From: Dehalococcoidales bacterium
Lineage (GTDB): Bacteria > Chloroflexota > Dehalococcoidia > Dehalococcoidales > UBA5627
Assembly: GCA_041656115.1 (NCBI GenBank)
Contig: JBBAED010000002.1
Location: forward strand, 82,403-146,402
DNA length: 64,000 nucleotides
Reading direction: 5' to 3'
Shown: positions 20,582 through 30,451 of the stretch, piece by piece
Position numbering within the stretch: position 1 is the stretch's first letter
Layout: each line of letters begins with the position of its first letter
The notes under the pieces: generated by a model
Databases searched by the model: none
What the model saw: the letters and a program-made list of their open reading frames with translations, nothing else
What the model was told of the DNA's origin: nothing
Made by a program: the position numbers and the translations under genes

Positions 20582-22465
20582 TTAACAATGAATCTTTTTC
20601 ACCTGTGGGAGTAGCGCTAACGCCGCTTTAACTATACCGTCGGAATCCAATCCGTATTTGGCCCTCAAAATAGAAGGGGTTCCGTGCTCCACGTAGATAT
20701 CCGGGATAGCAATCTTTTTAACTTTGATATCGTTAATTCCGGCCTCGTGAAGAAGAGAAGAAACAGCGCTTCCGAAACCGCCGGTTAACACATTTTCTTC
20801 CACGGTAATAAGATGCTTTGTAGCGGATACGGCACTAATAATTGTTTCCGCATCCAGCGGTTTAATAAATCGTCCGTTAACGACGGTTGATTCAATACCG
20901 TTTAGGGATAATTCGCCCGCCGCTTGTATGGCATAAGGCACCGAGGCGCCTACCCCGATAATCGTTAAATCACCGCCTTTTTTGATAACTTCGGCAGTAC
21001 CAATCGGAATTGATTTAAAAGAACTGTCCATTCGTACACCGGTTCCGCAACTGCGCGGGTACCGGATAGCCATCGGACCTTTGGTTTTGGTTGCGGTATA
21101 AAGTAAATGCTGTAATTCATTTTCATCTTTAGGAGCAGACAGAATAAGGTTGGGAACAAGTGAAAGATACGATAAATCAAAAATACCTTGATGGGTTTTA
21201 CCGTCATCTCCGACAATACCCCCGCGGTCAACTGCAAAAATAACATGCAAATCCTGTAAGCAAACATCATGTATTATCTGGTCAAAGGAACGCTGCAAGA
21301 AAGTCGAATAAATTGCAACAACGGGGATATAGCCTTGTGTGGCAAGACCGGCCGCAAAAGCAACCGCGTGTTGCTCACAGATACCGACATCAAAAATCCT
21401 ATCGGGTAATTCGTTTTGGAGAATACTAAGGCAATTCCCCTCGGGCATTGCAGGCGTAATAACAACAATTCTGGGATTATCTTTAGCCAGCTGCAATACG
21501 GTTTGCGCAAAAACCTCACTGTAAGTGGGAATCGCTTTAACCTGAGGCGAGGTTTTGCATTTGGGGGAAACGCCGTGAAAATAGACAGCATTACCTTCGG
21601 CAGGCGTATAGCCTTTTCCTTTGGTTGTCACTAGATGAATAAGGGTCGGTTTGTGGCTGTAATCCCTTGCCTGAACCAGCGCAGCCTCAAGGTTCTTGAT
21701 ATCGTGACCGTCAATCGGCCCCATATATGCCATACCAAGCTCTTCCCAAATTGTGGTAGGCATAATAAAACCCTTTATACTGCTTTTAACTCTCTGCCCG
21801 AAATTCCATAACTTGTTACCAAGCGGTAAAAAGCCAAGGGCTTTTTTACTTTTTTCGCTGGCACGATAATAACGTTTATCGAAACGAACTTTTCTGAATA
21901 TTTTGGCTAGTGCCCCTACCGTGGGGGAAATTGACATACCGTTATCGTTAAGAATAACAATCAGTTTTGAACCAAGAGAAGAGATGTTGTTAAATGCCTC
22001 AAGAGCCATACCGCCGGTCGCCGCCCCGTCGCCGATTACCGCTATAACATTGTAATCCTTGCCGGCAAGGTCTCTGGCTTTAGCCATCCCCATAGCGGCC
22101 GAAACGGACGTACTGGCGTGTCCGGTTCCAAACGGATCATGCGGGCTTTCCTCGCGCGACGTAAAGCCGGACATCCCTCCGTGCTGACGCAGCGTTTTGA
22201 ATTCTTTTTTACGGCCGGTCAACAATTTATGAGCATATGACTGATGGCCAACATCCCAAATAATTTTGTCATCGGGGGTATTAAAAACCCTGTGTAAAGC
22301 AACAGTTAACTCAACGGTGCCCAGGCTGGATGCCAAATGACCGCCGTTTTGTGTTACAACGGAAATAATCTCCTGTCTGATTTCTTCGGAGAGTTTTTCA
22401 AGCTGTTTTTGGGTGAGCCCTTTCAAATCTGCAGGGCTATCTATACTGTCAAATAATTCTGACAT
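20582..22465 (-). CDS. dxs: 1-deoxy-D-xylulose-5-phosphate synthase
   Basis: 627 aa. GGHLASSLG, DVGHQSYAHK, the TPP motif GDGAATGGMALEALN-like (GDGAATGGMALEAFNN), and transketolase pyrimidine-binding and C-terminal domains. Confidence 0.95.
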   Translation of the reverse strand: MSELFDSIDSPADLKGLTQKQLEKLSEEIRQEIISVVTQNGGHLASSLGTVELTVALHRVFNTPDDKIIWDVGHQSYAHKLLTGRKKEFKTLRQHGGMSGFTSREESPHDPFGTGHASTSVSAAMGMAKARDLAGKDYNVIAVIGDGAATGGMALEAFNNISSLGSKLIVILNDNGMSISPTVGALAKIFRKVRFDKRYYRASEKSKKALGFLPLGNKLWNFGQRVKSSIKGFIMPTTIWEELGMAYMGPIDGHDIKNLEAALVQARDYSHKPTLIHLVTTKGKGYTPAEGNAVYFHGVSPKCKTSPQVKAIPTYSEVFAQTVLQLAKDNPRIVVITPAMPEGNCLSILQNELPDRIFDVGICEQHAVAFAAGLATQGYIPVVAIYSTFLQRSFDQIIHDVCLQDLHVIFAVDRGGIVGDDGKTHQGIFDLSYLSLVPNLILSAPKDENELQHLLYTATKTKGPMAIRYPRSCGTGVRMDSSFKSIPIGTAEVIKKGGDLTIIGVGASVPYAIQAAGELSLNGIESTVVNGRFIKPLDAETIISAVSATKHLITVEENVLTGGFGSAVSSLLHEAGINDIKVKKIAIPDIYVEHGTPSILRAKYGLDSDGIVKAALALLPQVKKIHC

Positions 22466-22627
22466 GACAAATCCTCAATTAAATACGAACCCCGATTATA
22501 TGTGCGGAAACAACTCTTATACTAGCAATGTAACTGAAAGGTTGTCAAGCTACACATCCGTTTAACTTGACGGTTCCGCAATCTGTTTGTTAGACTTCCT
22601 TATATTTACCCGATAGTAGGACAAATC

Positions 22628-23182
22628 TTGAGTGAAGCAATTCAAAACCTTGATATTCTCAAAGAGTTTATTATTCTTCTTTTATCAGCTGCCCCGATTA
22701 GTGAACTCAGAGGTGCCATTCCGCTTGCAATTCTCACCTTTGATTTCCCCTGGTACTATGCTTTCTTTTTAGCGATAGTCGGCAATATGCTTCCCGTTCC
22801 GATTATTTTATTATTTATAGAATGGGCAGCCAAATGGCTTAGTAAAATCCCAATAATGAAAAGGTTTTTTGATTGGTTATTTGAAAGAGCCGAAAACAAA
22901 AGTGGGGTAATTCGTAAATATAAGCGTTTGGGGTTAATAATTTTGGTTGCCATTCCCCTGCCGCTAACCGGGGCCTGGATCGGTTCGGTTGTTGCCGTCC
23001 TTCTCGGAATAAAATTTAAACAAGCTTTCTTTTCGATATTTATCGGTGTTATTATTGCCGGGATTATAGTTACATCTTTAACCCTACTCGGCTGGGTCGG
23101 GGCAATTATTGCCGGGGCTGCCCTTTTAACGCTGCTTATATGCAGTTTTATTAGATCAAAAAATAAAAACCAAGTTGCATAA
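22628..23182 (+). CDS. Small multidrug-export-like (COG2426) integral membrane protein
   Basis: 184 aa. TTG start. 4-5 TM helices. PISELRGAIPLAI motif typical of the Sm_multidrug_ex family. Confidence 0.55.
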   Translation: MSEAIQNLDILKEFIILLLSAAPISELRGAIPLAILTFDFPWYYAFFLAIVGNMLPVPIILLFIEWAAKWLSKIPIMKRFFDWLFERAENKSGVIRKYKRLGLIILVAIPLPLTGAWIGSVVAVLLGIKFKQAFFSIFIGVIIAGIIVTSLTLLGWVGAIIAGAALLTLLICSFIRSKNKNQVA

Positions 23183-23280
23183 CGTTTGATTTTAGGACAA
23201 TTTAGAACAAACAAACGTGAGCCGCATTAGCGATTTTACTCTTAGCGCTAATTATTATAGAATAGAGTGTTGTTTGACAC

Positions 23281-23354
23281 CTCCCTGTAGCTCAGCCGGA
23301 CAGAGCAACTGCCTTCTAAGCAGTGGGTCGAGAGTTCGAATCTCTCCGGGGAGG
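23281..23354 (+). tRNA. tRNA-Arg (anticodon TCT); no encoded CCA
   Basis: CTCCCTGTAGCTCAGCCGGACAGAGCAACTGCCTTCTAAGCAGTGGGTCGAGAGTTCGAATCTCTCCGGGGAGG. Anticodon stem is ACTGC/GCAGT and the loop is CTTCTAA. Confidence 0.9.
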
Positions 23355-23502
23355 CTTTTTGTTGTAAAGAAAACCCGACTTATCTTGCGGATAAAACAAT
23401 CTCAGACTGCTTTTGCGAATATGCACGGAATAACTCAGTGCAGAATCAAACGAGAGTCAGTAGCTGTTTTGTGATTTGGCTAACGGGATTAAGCACAAAG
23501 AA

Positions 23503-25110
23503 CTACATATTCTTATATTTAGGGCCGTCTCCGCCTTCAGGAACCTGCCAGATAATCGATTGTAACGGGCATTTCAAACGGCAAGTTTGGCAGTGCACAC
23601 AATTCGAAGGGCTCAAAATTAATTTATCTCCCTCAAACTTATAGACTTCCGCCGGGCAAAACGATTCGCAAGGATGACAACCATATGTCTCAAAACAAAC
23701 GACACAACTGTTTTCTTCTTTAAAAGTGATATGAGAAGGTTCGTCTTCACGGTGGTGTGTACCGGAAAAGCTAACCGCAGTCGGCCGATCAAGCCCACCG
23801 GCAGGTTTACATTGCAATTGTTTTTTACGCATTGCTTTGTAATCTCGTTCCAATCTTAAACGTGGTAACAATTGCTGGAAAAACGATAAAGCGATACCTC
23901 CGAACAGACCGCATTTACCAAAAACTTGGCGATAATTTCGTGCCGAGTATAAATCCTTCCCGATAAAACTGTTATCTATCCGTTTTTGATAATTTTTTAA
24001 TTGAACCGATGAAAAATCGCCCGCGATAATGGCATCAAAAACGGTTTCCGCCGAAAAAATACCCGATTGAACGGCATAATGCAACCCTTTCAGTTTTTGG
24101 ACATTCGGTAATCCGGCATCATCCCCCACTATTAAGGCACCATCAACAAAAAGTTGCGGCAGTGCGTAATAACCGCCTTCGGGCAAGGTTTTAGCCCCGT
24201 AAGAGATTACACGACCGCCCTCAATTAACGACTTTATAAAACGCTGCGATTTAAAACGCTGCAATTCTTGCTGGGGATTAAAATTACAATAACTCCAATC
24301 CAAAGACATCATCAAGGTAACGGCAACCGTATTGTTTCCCATGCTGTATACAGTCCCGCCGCCAAAGACTTCGGACGGCAAAGGATAGCCAACGGTATGA
24401 ATAACACGATTATCGCCAAATTGATTGCCTTCAGGCAGTTTGATTACCTCTTTCACGCCAACCGAATGAATTTGAGGATTTTTACCTTGGGCTAATTTAA
24501 ACTTGGCAATTATACCTTCAGCCAGTTGTCCGGCAGAACCCTCGCCCAAAATCGTAACTTTGGCTTCAATGTTTTCACCGGGAATATAATTAGCCAGCTT
24601 TTTGCCTTCTTTATCTAAGCCCTTATCGCCTAATTTTACTCCGATAACTTTGTCACCATCAAAAAGAACTTCTTTAGCGGCAAAGCCGGTATAAATCTCA
24701 ACCCCTAATTTGGTTGCAATTCCGGCCAGCCAATTTACCATTTCGCTTACCGAAATAACATAGTTTCGGTCATGACGCATCGCTTTGGGCACTAACCCAT
24801 GCGGAATTTTAATCGATTGATTATCACCGGCTAAGAAATACATCTCATCGCGTTTAACTTCATTAGCTAACAGATTGGTAACAAATTTCTCTTCGCCGGT
24901 ACGCCAATCAGGCAGTAACCCGTCCAGAACATCAGCCTCAAAGATTGCCCCCGACAAATTGTGCTGCCCCGGTCTATCCGCCTTCTCGATTACAACAACA
25001 GACTCATCCCTGCCGCTTTGGTTCAAAAGTTGCTTCAATTTTATAGCGCCGGCAAGGTTCGCAACGCCGGCACCGATAAACAGTGCATCAATTTTATTCA
25101 AATCAGACAT
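23503..25110 (-). CDS. Electron-transfer-flavoprotein:quinone oxidoreductase (FixC fused to a FixX-like ferredoxin domain)
   Basis: 535 aa. N-terminal FAD fingerprint FIGAGVANLAGAI. C-terminal Cys-rich ferredoxin-like region (CHPCESFCPAEVY...CVHCQTCRLKCP). Adjacent to the etf gene. Confidence 0.85.
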   Translation of the reverse strand: MSDLNKIDALFIGAGVANLAGAIKLKQLLNQSGRDESVVVIEKADRPGQHNLSGAIFEADVLDGLLPDWRTGEEKFVTNLLANEVKRDEMYFLAGDNQSIKIPHGLVPKAMRHDRNYVISVSEMVNWLAGIATKLGVEIYTGFAAKEVLFDGDKVIGVKLGDKGLDKEGKKLANYIPGENIEAKVTILGEGSAGQLAEGIIAKFKLAQGKNPQIHSVGVKEVIKLPEGNQFGDNRVIHTVGYPLPSEVFGGGTVYSMGNNTVAVTLMMSLDWSYCNFNPQQELQRFKSQRFIKSLIEGGRVISYGAKTLPEGGYYALPQLFVDGALIVGDDAGLPNVQKLKGLHYAVQSGIFSAETVFDAIIAGDFSSVQLKNYQKRIDNSFIGKDLYSARNYRQVFGKCGLFGGIALSFFQQLLPRLRLERDYKAMRKKQLQCKPAGGLDRPTAVSFSGTHHREDEPSHITFKEENSCVVCFETYGCHPCESFCPAEVYKFEGDKLILSPSNCVHCQTCRLKCPLQSIIWQVPEGGDGPKYKNM

Positions 25111-25112
25111 AT

Positions 25113-27014
25113 CTATAAGCCTTTCGCATTGAGCGCGTTAATTAATTCAGGGACTACTTGCTCTAAATCCCCCAGAATACAAAAATCGGCGGCGCGGAAT
25201 ATTTGGGCATTGGGGTCTCTGTTAATCGCAACAATAACATCGGAGTTTTGCATACCGCTCAAATGCTGTACCGCACCGGAAATACCAACCGCAACATACA
25301 ACCTCGGGGTTACGGTTTGCCCCGTTTGTCCGACTTGGTGACTGCGATCAATAAAACCGGATTCCACCGCTAAGCGGGAAGCCCCGACAACCGCCTTCTG
25401 TCCCAAGAATTTACCGAAATGTTCAGCCAGTGCCGGAATATAACGGTCAAATCCCTCTTTCGTTTTACAACCGCCGCCGCCGGAAACTATAATCGATGCT
25501 TCGGTTAAACCGGAAGTAGGCGGTTTAATTTCTTTGGAAATAATCTGTATTTCGGGGGAAGCCGGTATAAAGTCCGGTTGATATTCTATTACCTCGCCGT
25601 CGGTTGCCATCTGGCATTTGATAACCTTTAACAAACCGGGTCTTACGGTAGACATTTGCACGTTGGCTTTTTGCGTTAAAATCTGCGCCATAATACTGCC
25701 GCCCAATGCCGGACGGGTTTGGCGCAAAATCGCCGTATATTCTTGAGAACCTCTTTTGAAATCAAAAATATCCAAAGAAGTGCAGTCGGCAGTCAGGCCG
25801 GATCTTGTTCGATATGCTACGCGCGGCGCCAATTCGCGCCCCAGGGGTGTTGCACTAAACAGCATAATTTGGGGTTTATGTTTTTCAATCAATTCACTGA
25901 CAACAGCGGTATAAGGAATCGGTAAAAATTCTTTATAAATTTCATTTTCAACCACGTAAACCTTATCGGCTCCGCAGGTTATAACCTCATCGGTAAGATG
26001 TTTTACATCCTTTCCGATTAACAACGCCCCGGTTTTTGTTTTAAGTTGCGTTGCCAATTCCTTTGTTTTACTTAAAAGCTCCATCGATGCAGGGTTGATT
26101 TCACCGTCTTCCTGCTCGGCAAATATCCACACCTCACCATGATAGCTGGGTTCTTTATCTTCCGGCAGCTTATAAACTTCGGCTTCTTCCTGCTTCCCGA
26201 CAGATTCCAGTTTTGCCGAATAAGCGGTTTTAATTGCCTCAGCCAGTTTATTAAAATCGGGCTCGAACAGGCATTTACGATTAGTGGTTTCACGCGGAGA
26301 AAATATACGGTAAACATTTGTTCTTGAACCTGCCAGACCGATCAATTCTTCATTGGCTTCAACGTCCTCGGCACTCCATACGTAAAGCGATTGATTATGC
26401 GCCCATCTGGTACGATTAAAGGTTGCGCTAAGAGGTAAGGTCCAATCGGTAACCGTAACCACAAAAGGATAGCTTAGAGGGACTACTTCCTGAGTTCCGC
26501 GACGCGTAATACGGCTAAAAGTAAACCCATTATCTTTTTTCTTAAAAGCCGTGGCATAAGCTATTTGCGGGATACCCAATTCTTCGGCAACTTGCGGCGG
26601 AACCTGTGCCGTATCTCCGTCTACAGATTGCATTCCGCTAATAATTATGTATTCTTTATCTCCGGAAAAGATCTCTTTTTCAATTTTACGGATGGTTTGC
26701 GCCAAAGGATAAGCCGTTGCGGCTGTATCAGCGCCGCCCAGTTTTCGATCGGTTAATAAAACCCCGAGATCGGCGCCGATTGATAATGCGTAGCGCAAAA
26801 CTTCATCAGCAAAAGGGGGTCCCATTGTTAGGGCAACTATTTTTCCGCCATGTTCTTTACGCATGCCAACAGCAAAGGCAAGCGCTTGTTTATCGAGTTC
26901 GTTACAGACGTTATCAAGCATCCCCCTTCTAAGAATCCCTTTTTCCCAGTTCCAAGCTTCTTCGGGGATATTCTTAACATCGGGAACCTGTTTTACCAAA
27001 ACAATATAATTCAT
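25113..27014 (-). CDS. Fused electron transfer flavoprotein beta-alpha (EtfB-EtfA / FixA-FixB in one polypeptide)
   Basis: 633 aa. Residues 1 to about 250 are EtfB-like (MNYIVLVKQVPD...). After a roughly 40-aa linker comes an EtfA-like part (EVWIFAEQEDGEINPASMELL... ending PRLYVAVGISGAVQHLSGMQNSDVIVAINRDPNAQIF). Confidence 0.85.
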   Translation of the reverse strand: MNYIVLVKQVPDVKNIPEEAWNWEKGILRRGMLDNVCNELDKQALAFAVGMRKEHGGKIVALTMGPPFADEVLRYALSIGADLGVLLTDRKLGGADTAATAYPLAQTIRKIEKEIFSGDKEYIIISGMQSVDGDTAQVPPQVAEELGIPQIAYATAFKKKDNGFTFSRITRRGTQEVVPLSYPFVVTVTDWTLPLSATFNRTRWAHNQSLYVWSAEDVEANEELIGLAGSRTNVYRIFSPRETTNRKCLFEPDFNKLAEAIKTAYSAKLESVGKQEEAEVYKLPEDKEPSYHGEVWIFAEQEDGEINPASMELLSKTKELATQLKTKTGALLIGKDVKHLTDEVITCGADKVYVVENEIYKEFLPIPYTAVVSELIEKHKPQIMLFSATPLGRELAPRVAYRTRSGLTADCTSLDIFDFKRGSQEYTAILRQTRPALGGSIMAQILTQKANVQMSTVRPGLLKVIKCQMATDGEVIEYQPDFIPASPEIQIISKEIKPPTSGLTEASIIVSGGGGCKTKEGFDRYIPALAEHFGKFLGQKAVVGASRLAVESGFIDRSHQVGQTGQTVTPRLYVAVGISGAVQHLSGMQNSDVIVAINRDPNAQIFRAADFCILGDLEQVVPELINALNAKGL

Positions 27015-27085
27015 GAATAACCTGCTTCCAATTCTAAATACCCGGCGTCAGAGTCAGCATATTTTGCACCAACGCACCACCCCGC

Positions 27086-27144
27086 CATTCCCTTTAATAC
27101 CCATCCGTAACCTACCGGGTAAAAGACGGGTATTTAAAGGAATG
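27086..27144. repeat. Imperfect 20-bp-arm inverted repeat between the SDR gene and the etf operon
   Basis: CATTCCCTTTAATACCCATC (27086-27105) pairs with GACGGGTATTTAAAGGAATG (27125-27144), with a 19-nt spacer. No U-run follows on the transcribed (minus) strand. Confidence 0.4.
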
Positions 27145-27182
27145 AGAGATGCAATAATATAATATCAGGTTAAAATTCGAGA

Positions 27183-27944
27183 TTAATAAGATGTCCAACC
27201 GGTATCAACGGTAATAATCGCACCGTTAACCGCGCTGGATTCATCACTGGCTAAGAAAAGGGCGGTAAAGGCCACTTCCTCGGGTTCAATAGTACGCGGG
27301 TTAAATCCGGCACCCGCCATCGCCCTTCCCATACCGAATTCATCGGGATCGCGCATGGTGTTACCGATATTGGTATTAACACCGCCCGGGGCAATGGCAT
27401 TACAGCGTATACCTTTCTCGGCATATTGGAAACCGACATTTCTGGTTAAACCGACAACGGCATGCTTCGACGCCGTGTACGCCGCACCGGCTTTCGAACC
27501 GGTAAGGCCGCCCACAGAGGCAATATTGATAATAACACCGGCACCTTTGGCAAGAAAGATTGGTAAAGCCTTTCTGACGGCACGCATAGGACCGGTAGAG
27601 TTAACCGCAAAGACCTTTTCCCATAATGCATCGGTTACCTTTTCGGCAGGTTGGAAACTATCCATAATACCCGCATTGTTAACAAGAACATCAAGTGTGC
27701 CGTAAGCATTAACCGCCGAGTCAATCATATTTTGGATATCTTCCTCTTTGGTTACATCGGTAACAGCCGCTTGAGCCTCCCCCCCGGCCTCCCGAATCTC
27801 ATCAACCACCTTCTTTAAGGCAGCTTCGTCGATGTCGGCGGCAATCACCCTAGCTCCTTCTTTGGCGAAAAGAATTGAGATACTCCTGCCCATGCCGGAA
27901 CCGGCGCCGGTAACAACGGCAACTTTGTTTTGAAGTCTTGGCAT
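27183..27944 (-). CDS. Short-chain dehydrogenase/reductase (classical SDR, FabG-like)
   Basis: TGAGSGMG (TGxxxGxG), NNAG, and the S...YTASK (YxxxK) catalytic triad. I moved the start to the ATG at 27944 (MPRLQNKVAVVTG), which has a G-rich RBS upstream. The ORF-track N-terminal 33 aa look non-coding. Confidence 0.85.
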   Translation of the reverse strand: MPRLQNKVAVVTGAGSGMGRSISILFAKEGARVIAADIDEAALKKVVDEIREAGGEAQAAVTDVTKEEDIQNMIDSAVNAYGTLDVLVNNAGIMDSFQPAEKVTDALWEKVFAVNSTGPMRAVRKALPIFLAKGAGVIINIASVGGLTGSKAGAAYTASKHAVVGLTRNVGFQYAEKGIRCNAIAPGGVNTNIGNTMRDPDEFGMGRAMAGAGFNPRTIEPEEVAFTALFLASDESSAVNGAIITVDTGWTSY

Positions 27945-28409
27945 TTTTAACGCCCCCCCTTTTTTAATAAACTCAAGAACAATAAAAGAAGAAAGAATTG
28001 AAATACATACATTTATCGATACAAATGTAGTATAACACGTCAATACAATATCGGTAAAATACTTACAATCGCAAGCATTCCATCGCAGAAAATTCTAAGT
28101 ACAACCCTTTATTCGCGGTCGAAAAGAACAAATAATGTAATTCAAAACCGATTGATTGGGAACCGATTTTTTGCGGTGGTACCGAGCCTTACATCAAATG
28201 CAGGCTCTATATTGTAACACCGACTACTTTGTTAGCGGTATTATCATTAGTTTGCGATGAAAACCGGGGAGTCAAGCGCGTTTTTACTCCAAACAGGCAC
28301 AACACTCCGCAGACTGAGAGATTATACACCGATAAAAATAGATTCGCAAATGCTTGTTCGCGTTCGGATATTTTTGACAAACGGAGATAAAAAATGATTA
28401 GAACAAGTT

Positions 28410-29417
28410 CTAAGAACGCCCTGGCAACATCCCCATTTCGCTAAACCACTCTATTTGGTCACGAATGGAATCTTGCCAAGGCCGGGTAGTAAAGCCAAGT
28501 TCTTTACGTGCTCGCGCCGAGCTGATTTGAGAATTACTTTTTAATACATCAATTGAATAGGCGGTAAAAACAGGATTTCTTTTAATCATTTTGTAATATG
28601 CACCGGCAAGTACACCGGCAATTCGGGCAAGCCCGGAGGGTATTTCATAGCGAGGGGCAGGATAACCCGTGATACTTTCAAATTGTCCCATCAGTTCCGG
28701 TATTTGCACCTTGTTACCGGAGAAAATATAATGGCGCCCCATTTTGCCCTTTTTAGCGGCAAGCAAGAGCCCCTCGGCAACATCACGCACATCAACAAAA
28801 TCATAAGCACCGCGCACATAAGATTTCATATAGCCGCTGGCAAAATCGAGTATCATTTGACCGATATTGGAAACATTATAATCATACGGCCCGATAATAC
28901 CCGTCGGGCAGCATATAACCGCATCAAGCCCGCCTTTTTTTACTTCATCCAGAAGGGTTAACGTGGCACGGGCTTTGCTCCAAGCGTAATCGCCTAAAAC
29001 TTTATCGGGATCAAACGGCTGCGATTCATCAATAACCGTACCGTGCGGCGGTTCGGCAATTGCATGAACCGAACTGGTATAGACGAGGCGGTGTACGCCA
29101 ACCGCACGACAGGCTTCGGCAACGTTTCGGGTTCCTAAAACATTAACCTGCTCCAATACTTTTTTCATACCGGATAAAATCGTTATAATTCCGGCAAGAT
29201 GAAAAACGAAATCCGCGCCGGCAAAAGCTGTTTTGAGGCTTTCAATATCGGTTACATCACCGCGCGCAATTTCGACACTAAGGCCGTCCAAAGCACGGCA
29301 ATCGTCATTCGGTAGCACAAATGCGCGTACGGAATAACCTTTATCCAGCAAATTGCGTACCAGCGCATTACCGATATGCCCGGTTGCTCCGGTTACAACA
29401 GTTAAGCCCTTTTCCAT
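28410..29417 (-). CDS. NAD(P)-dependent epimerase/dehydratase family protein (extended SDR, dihydroflavonol-reductase-like)
   Basis: 335 aa. VTGATGHIGNALV Rossmann motif. YAWSK (YxxxK). Confidence 0.8.
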   Translation of the reverse strand: MEKGLTVVTGATGHIGNALVRNLLDKGYSVRAFVLPNDDCRALDGLSVEIARGDVTDIESLKTAFAGADFVFHLAGIITILSGMKKVLEQVNVLGTRNVAEACRAVGVHRLVYTSSVHAIAEPPHGTVIDESQPFDPDKVLGDYAWSKARATLTLLDEVKKGGLDAVICCPTGIIGPYDYNVSNIGQMILDFASGYMKSYVRGAYDFVDVRDVAEGLLLAAKKGKMGRHYIFSGNKVQIPELMGQFESITGYPAPRYEIPSGLARIAGVLAGAYYKMIKRNPVFTAYSIDVLKSNSQISSARARKELGFTTRPWQDSIRDQIEWFSEMGMLPGRS

Positions 29418-29609
29418 TTACTGTCCCCCAGCGGATTTCAAACTTCCCCAAAAAGAATATTAACTACATCAAAATAATATTATAAAACAGATATTATGTC
29501 AACAAATTGCATGTCTTTCGTTTTAAAAAGTATGCCATATTTTCTTGGCTTGTGTTAGAATAGGATAATTTATTAAGAACAATAAATATCGGTGCGGCGA
29601 TTAAAGAAC

Positions 29610-30155
29610 ATGAAAGGTTTTTCTAAAAAAATTGCGGACCCTGCTTATACGAAATATAAAAAAGATTCCGTAACGTGGTCGTTTTTGTTTTCCGTAATTT
29701 TGGCAATCGTTGCGATTATCGGCTTCCCTATTTACGGAAACTCCACCGGCGAGCTGGATTGGCCGGAATCGCTTTTTATCGGGATCGTTATCGGCGCTAT
29801 GTTTATAGCCATTGCAGTCGCACAAACCGTCAAACGAAAACTGGATAAAACATGGGACGGGGTTGTAACAGACAAACAATTTTATGTAAAACATCTCAGC
29901 AGCGAACGTACCACAAAGTACATAATGGAAGTAGAAAACGAAGCGGGAAAAATAAAAAAGGTAAAATGGACAAACACCCCGCAAGTATTTAATTATTACA
30001 GCATAGGCGACCGTGTTCGTCACCACCGGGGGCTTTTTTATTTCGAGAAATACGATAAAAGCAAAGATTTGATAATCTTGTGTGTCGCCTGCCGGCATTT
30101 TAACGATATTCAAGAGGATTATTGTATCAGGTGCAAATGCCCTCTATTAAAATAA
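29610..30155 (+). CDS. Hypothetical membrane protein with C-terminal zinc ribbon
   Basis: Two predicted TM helices (SFLFSVILAIVAIIGFPIY; LFIGIVIGAMFIAIAVA), a soluble domain, then CVACRH...CIRCKC. The start is uncertain (ATG 29610 or GTG 29592). Confidence 0.5.
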   Translation: MKGFSKKIADPAYTKYKKDSVTWSFLFSVILAIVAIIGFPIYGNSTGELDWPESLFIGIVIGAMFIAIAVAQTVKRKLDKTWDGVVTDKQFYVKHLSSERTTKYIMEVENEAGKIKKVKWTNTPQVFNYYSIGDRVRHHRGLFYFEKYDKSKDLIILCVACRHFNDIQEDYCIRCKCPLLK

Positions 30156-30312
30156 GTAAGCCTTTTCCCGACAACCCCGTAATTCCCTTCCTTTATTACC
30201 CCCCAACAAAGATAATCACATGCACCAAACTATCTCAGCCCCAGCCGTTCCGAATATCCAACTAAGCGAAATTTCGCGGTTTTCCGTTTGATTGGAATAA
30301 AAAGTTTTAAAA

Positions 30313-30366
30313 TTTAAAGATTTAAAGAATCTCTAAATTGAAGAATTTTGCTTTTTGTACTATTAT
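30313..30366 (+). promoter_or_regulatory. Candidate promoter with an adjacent inverted repeat upstream of the pat-like gene
   Basis: TTTAAAGATT-taaag-AATCTCTAAA (9/10 complementary, 30313-30337) directly abuts TTGAAG (30338-30343), a 17-nt spacer and TATTAT (30361-30366). In AT-rich DNA such matches can arise by chance. Confidence 0.3.
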
Positions 30367-30451
30367 ATCTTACAATCAGGGTCTATTTATAAAAACATTA
30401 ATAGACGAATTATCAAAGCTTTATTAGAGGGGGATAATAAAAACGACCGAT

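Noticed and set aside
23217-23644. ORFs at 23217-23474 and 23438-23644 on the plus strand.
   Set aside because: The first reads straight through tRNA-Arg (23281-23354). The second is antisense to the 3' end of the ETF-QO gene. Neither has coding features.
29601-30113. 170-aa minus-strand ORF overlapping the 29610-30155 gene.
   Set aside because: The plus-strand product has clean TM helices and a zinc ribbon. The minus-strand product is Phe/Tyr/Cys-rich nonsense typical of an antisense frame.
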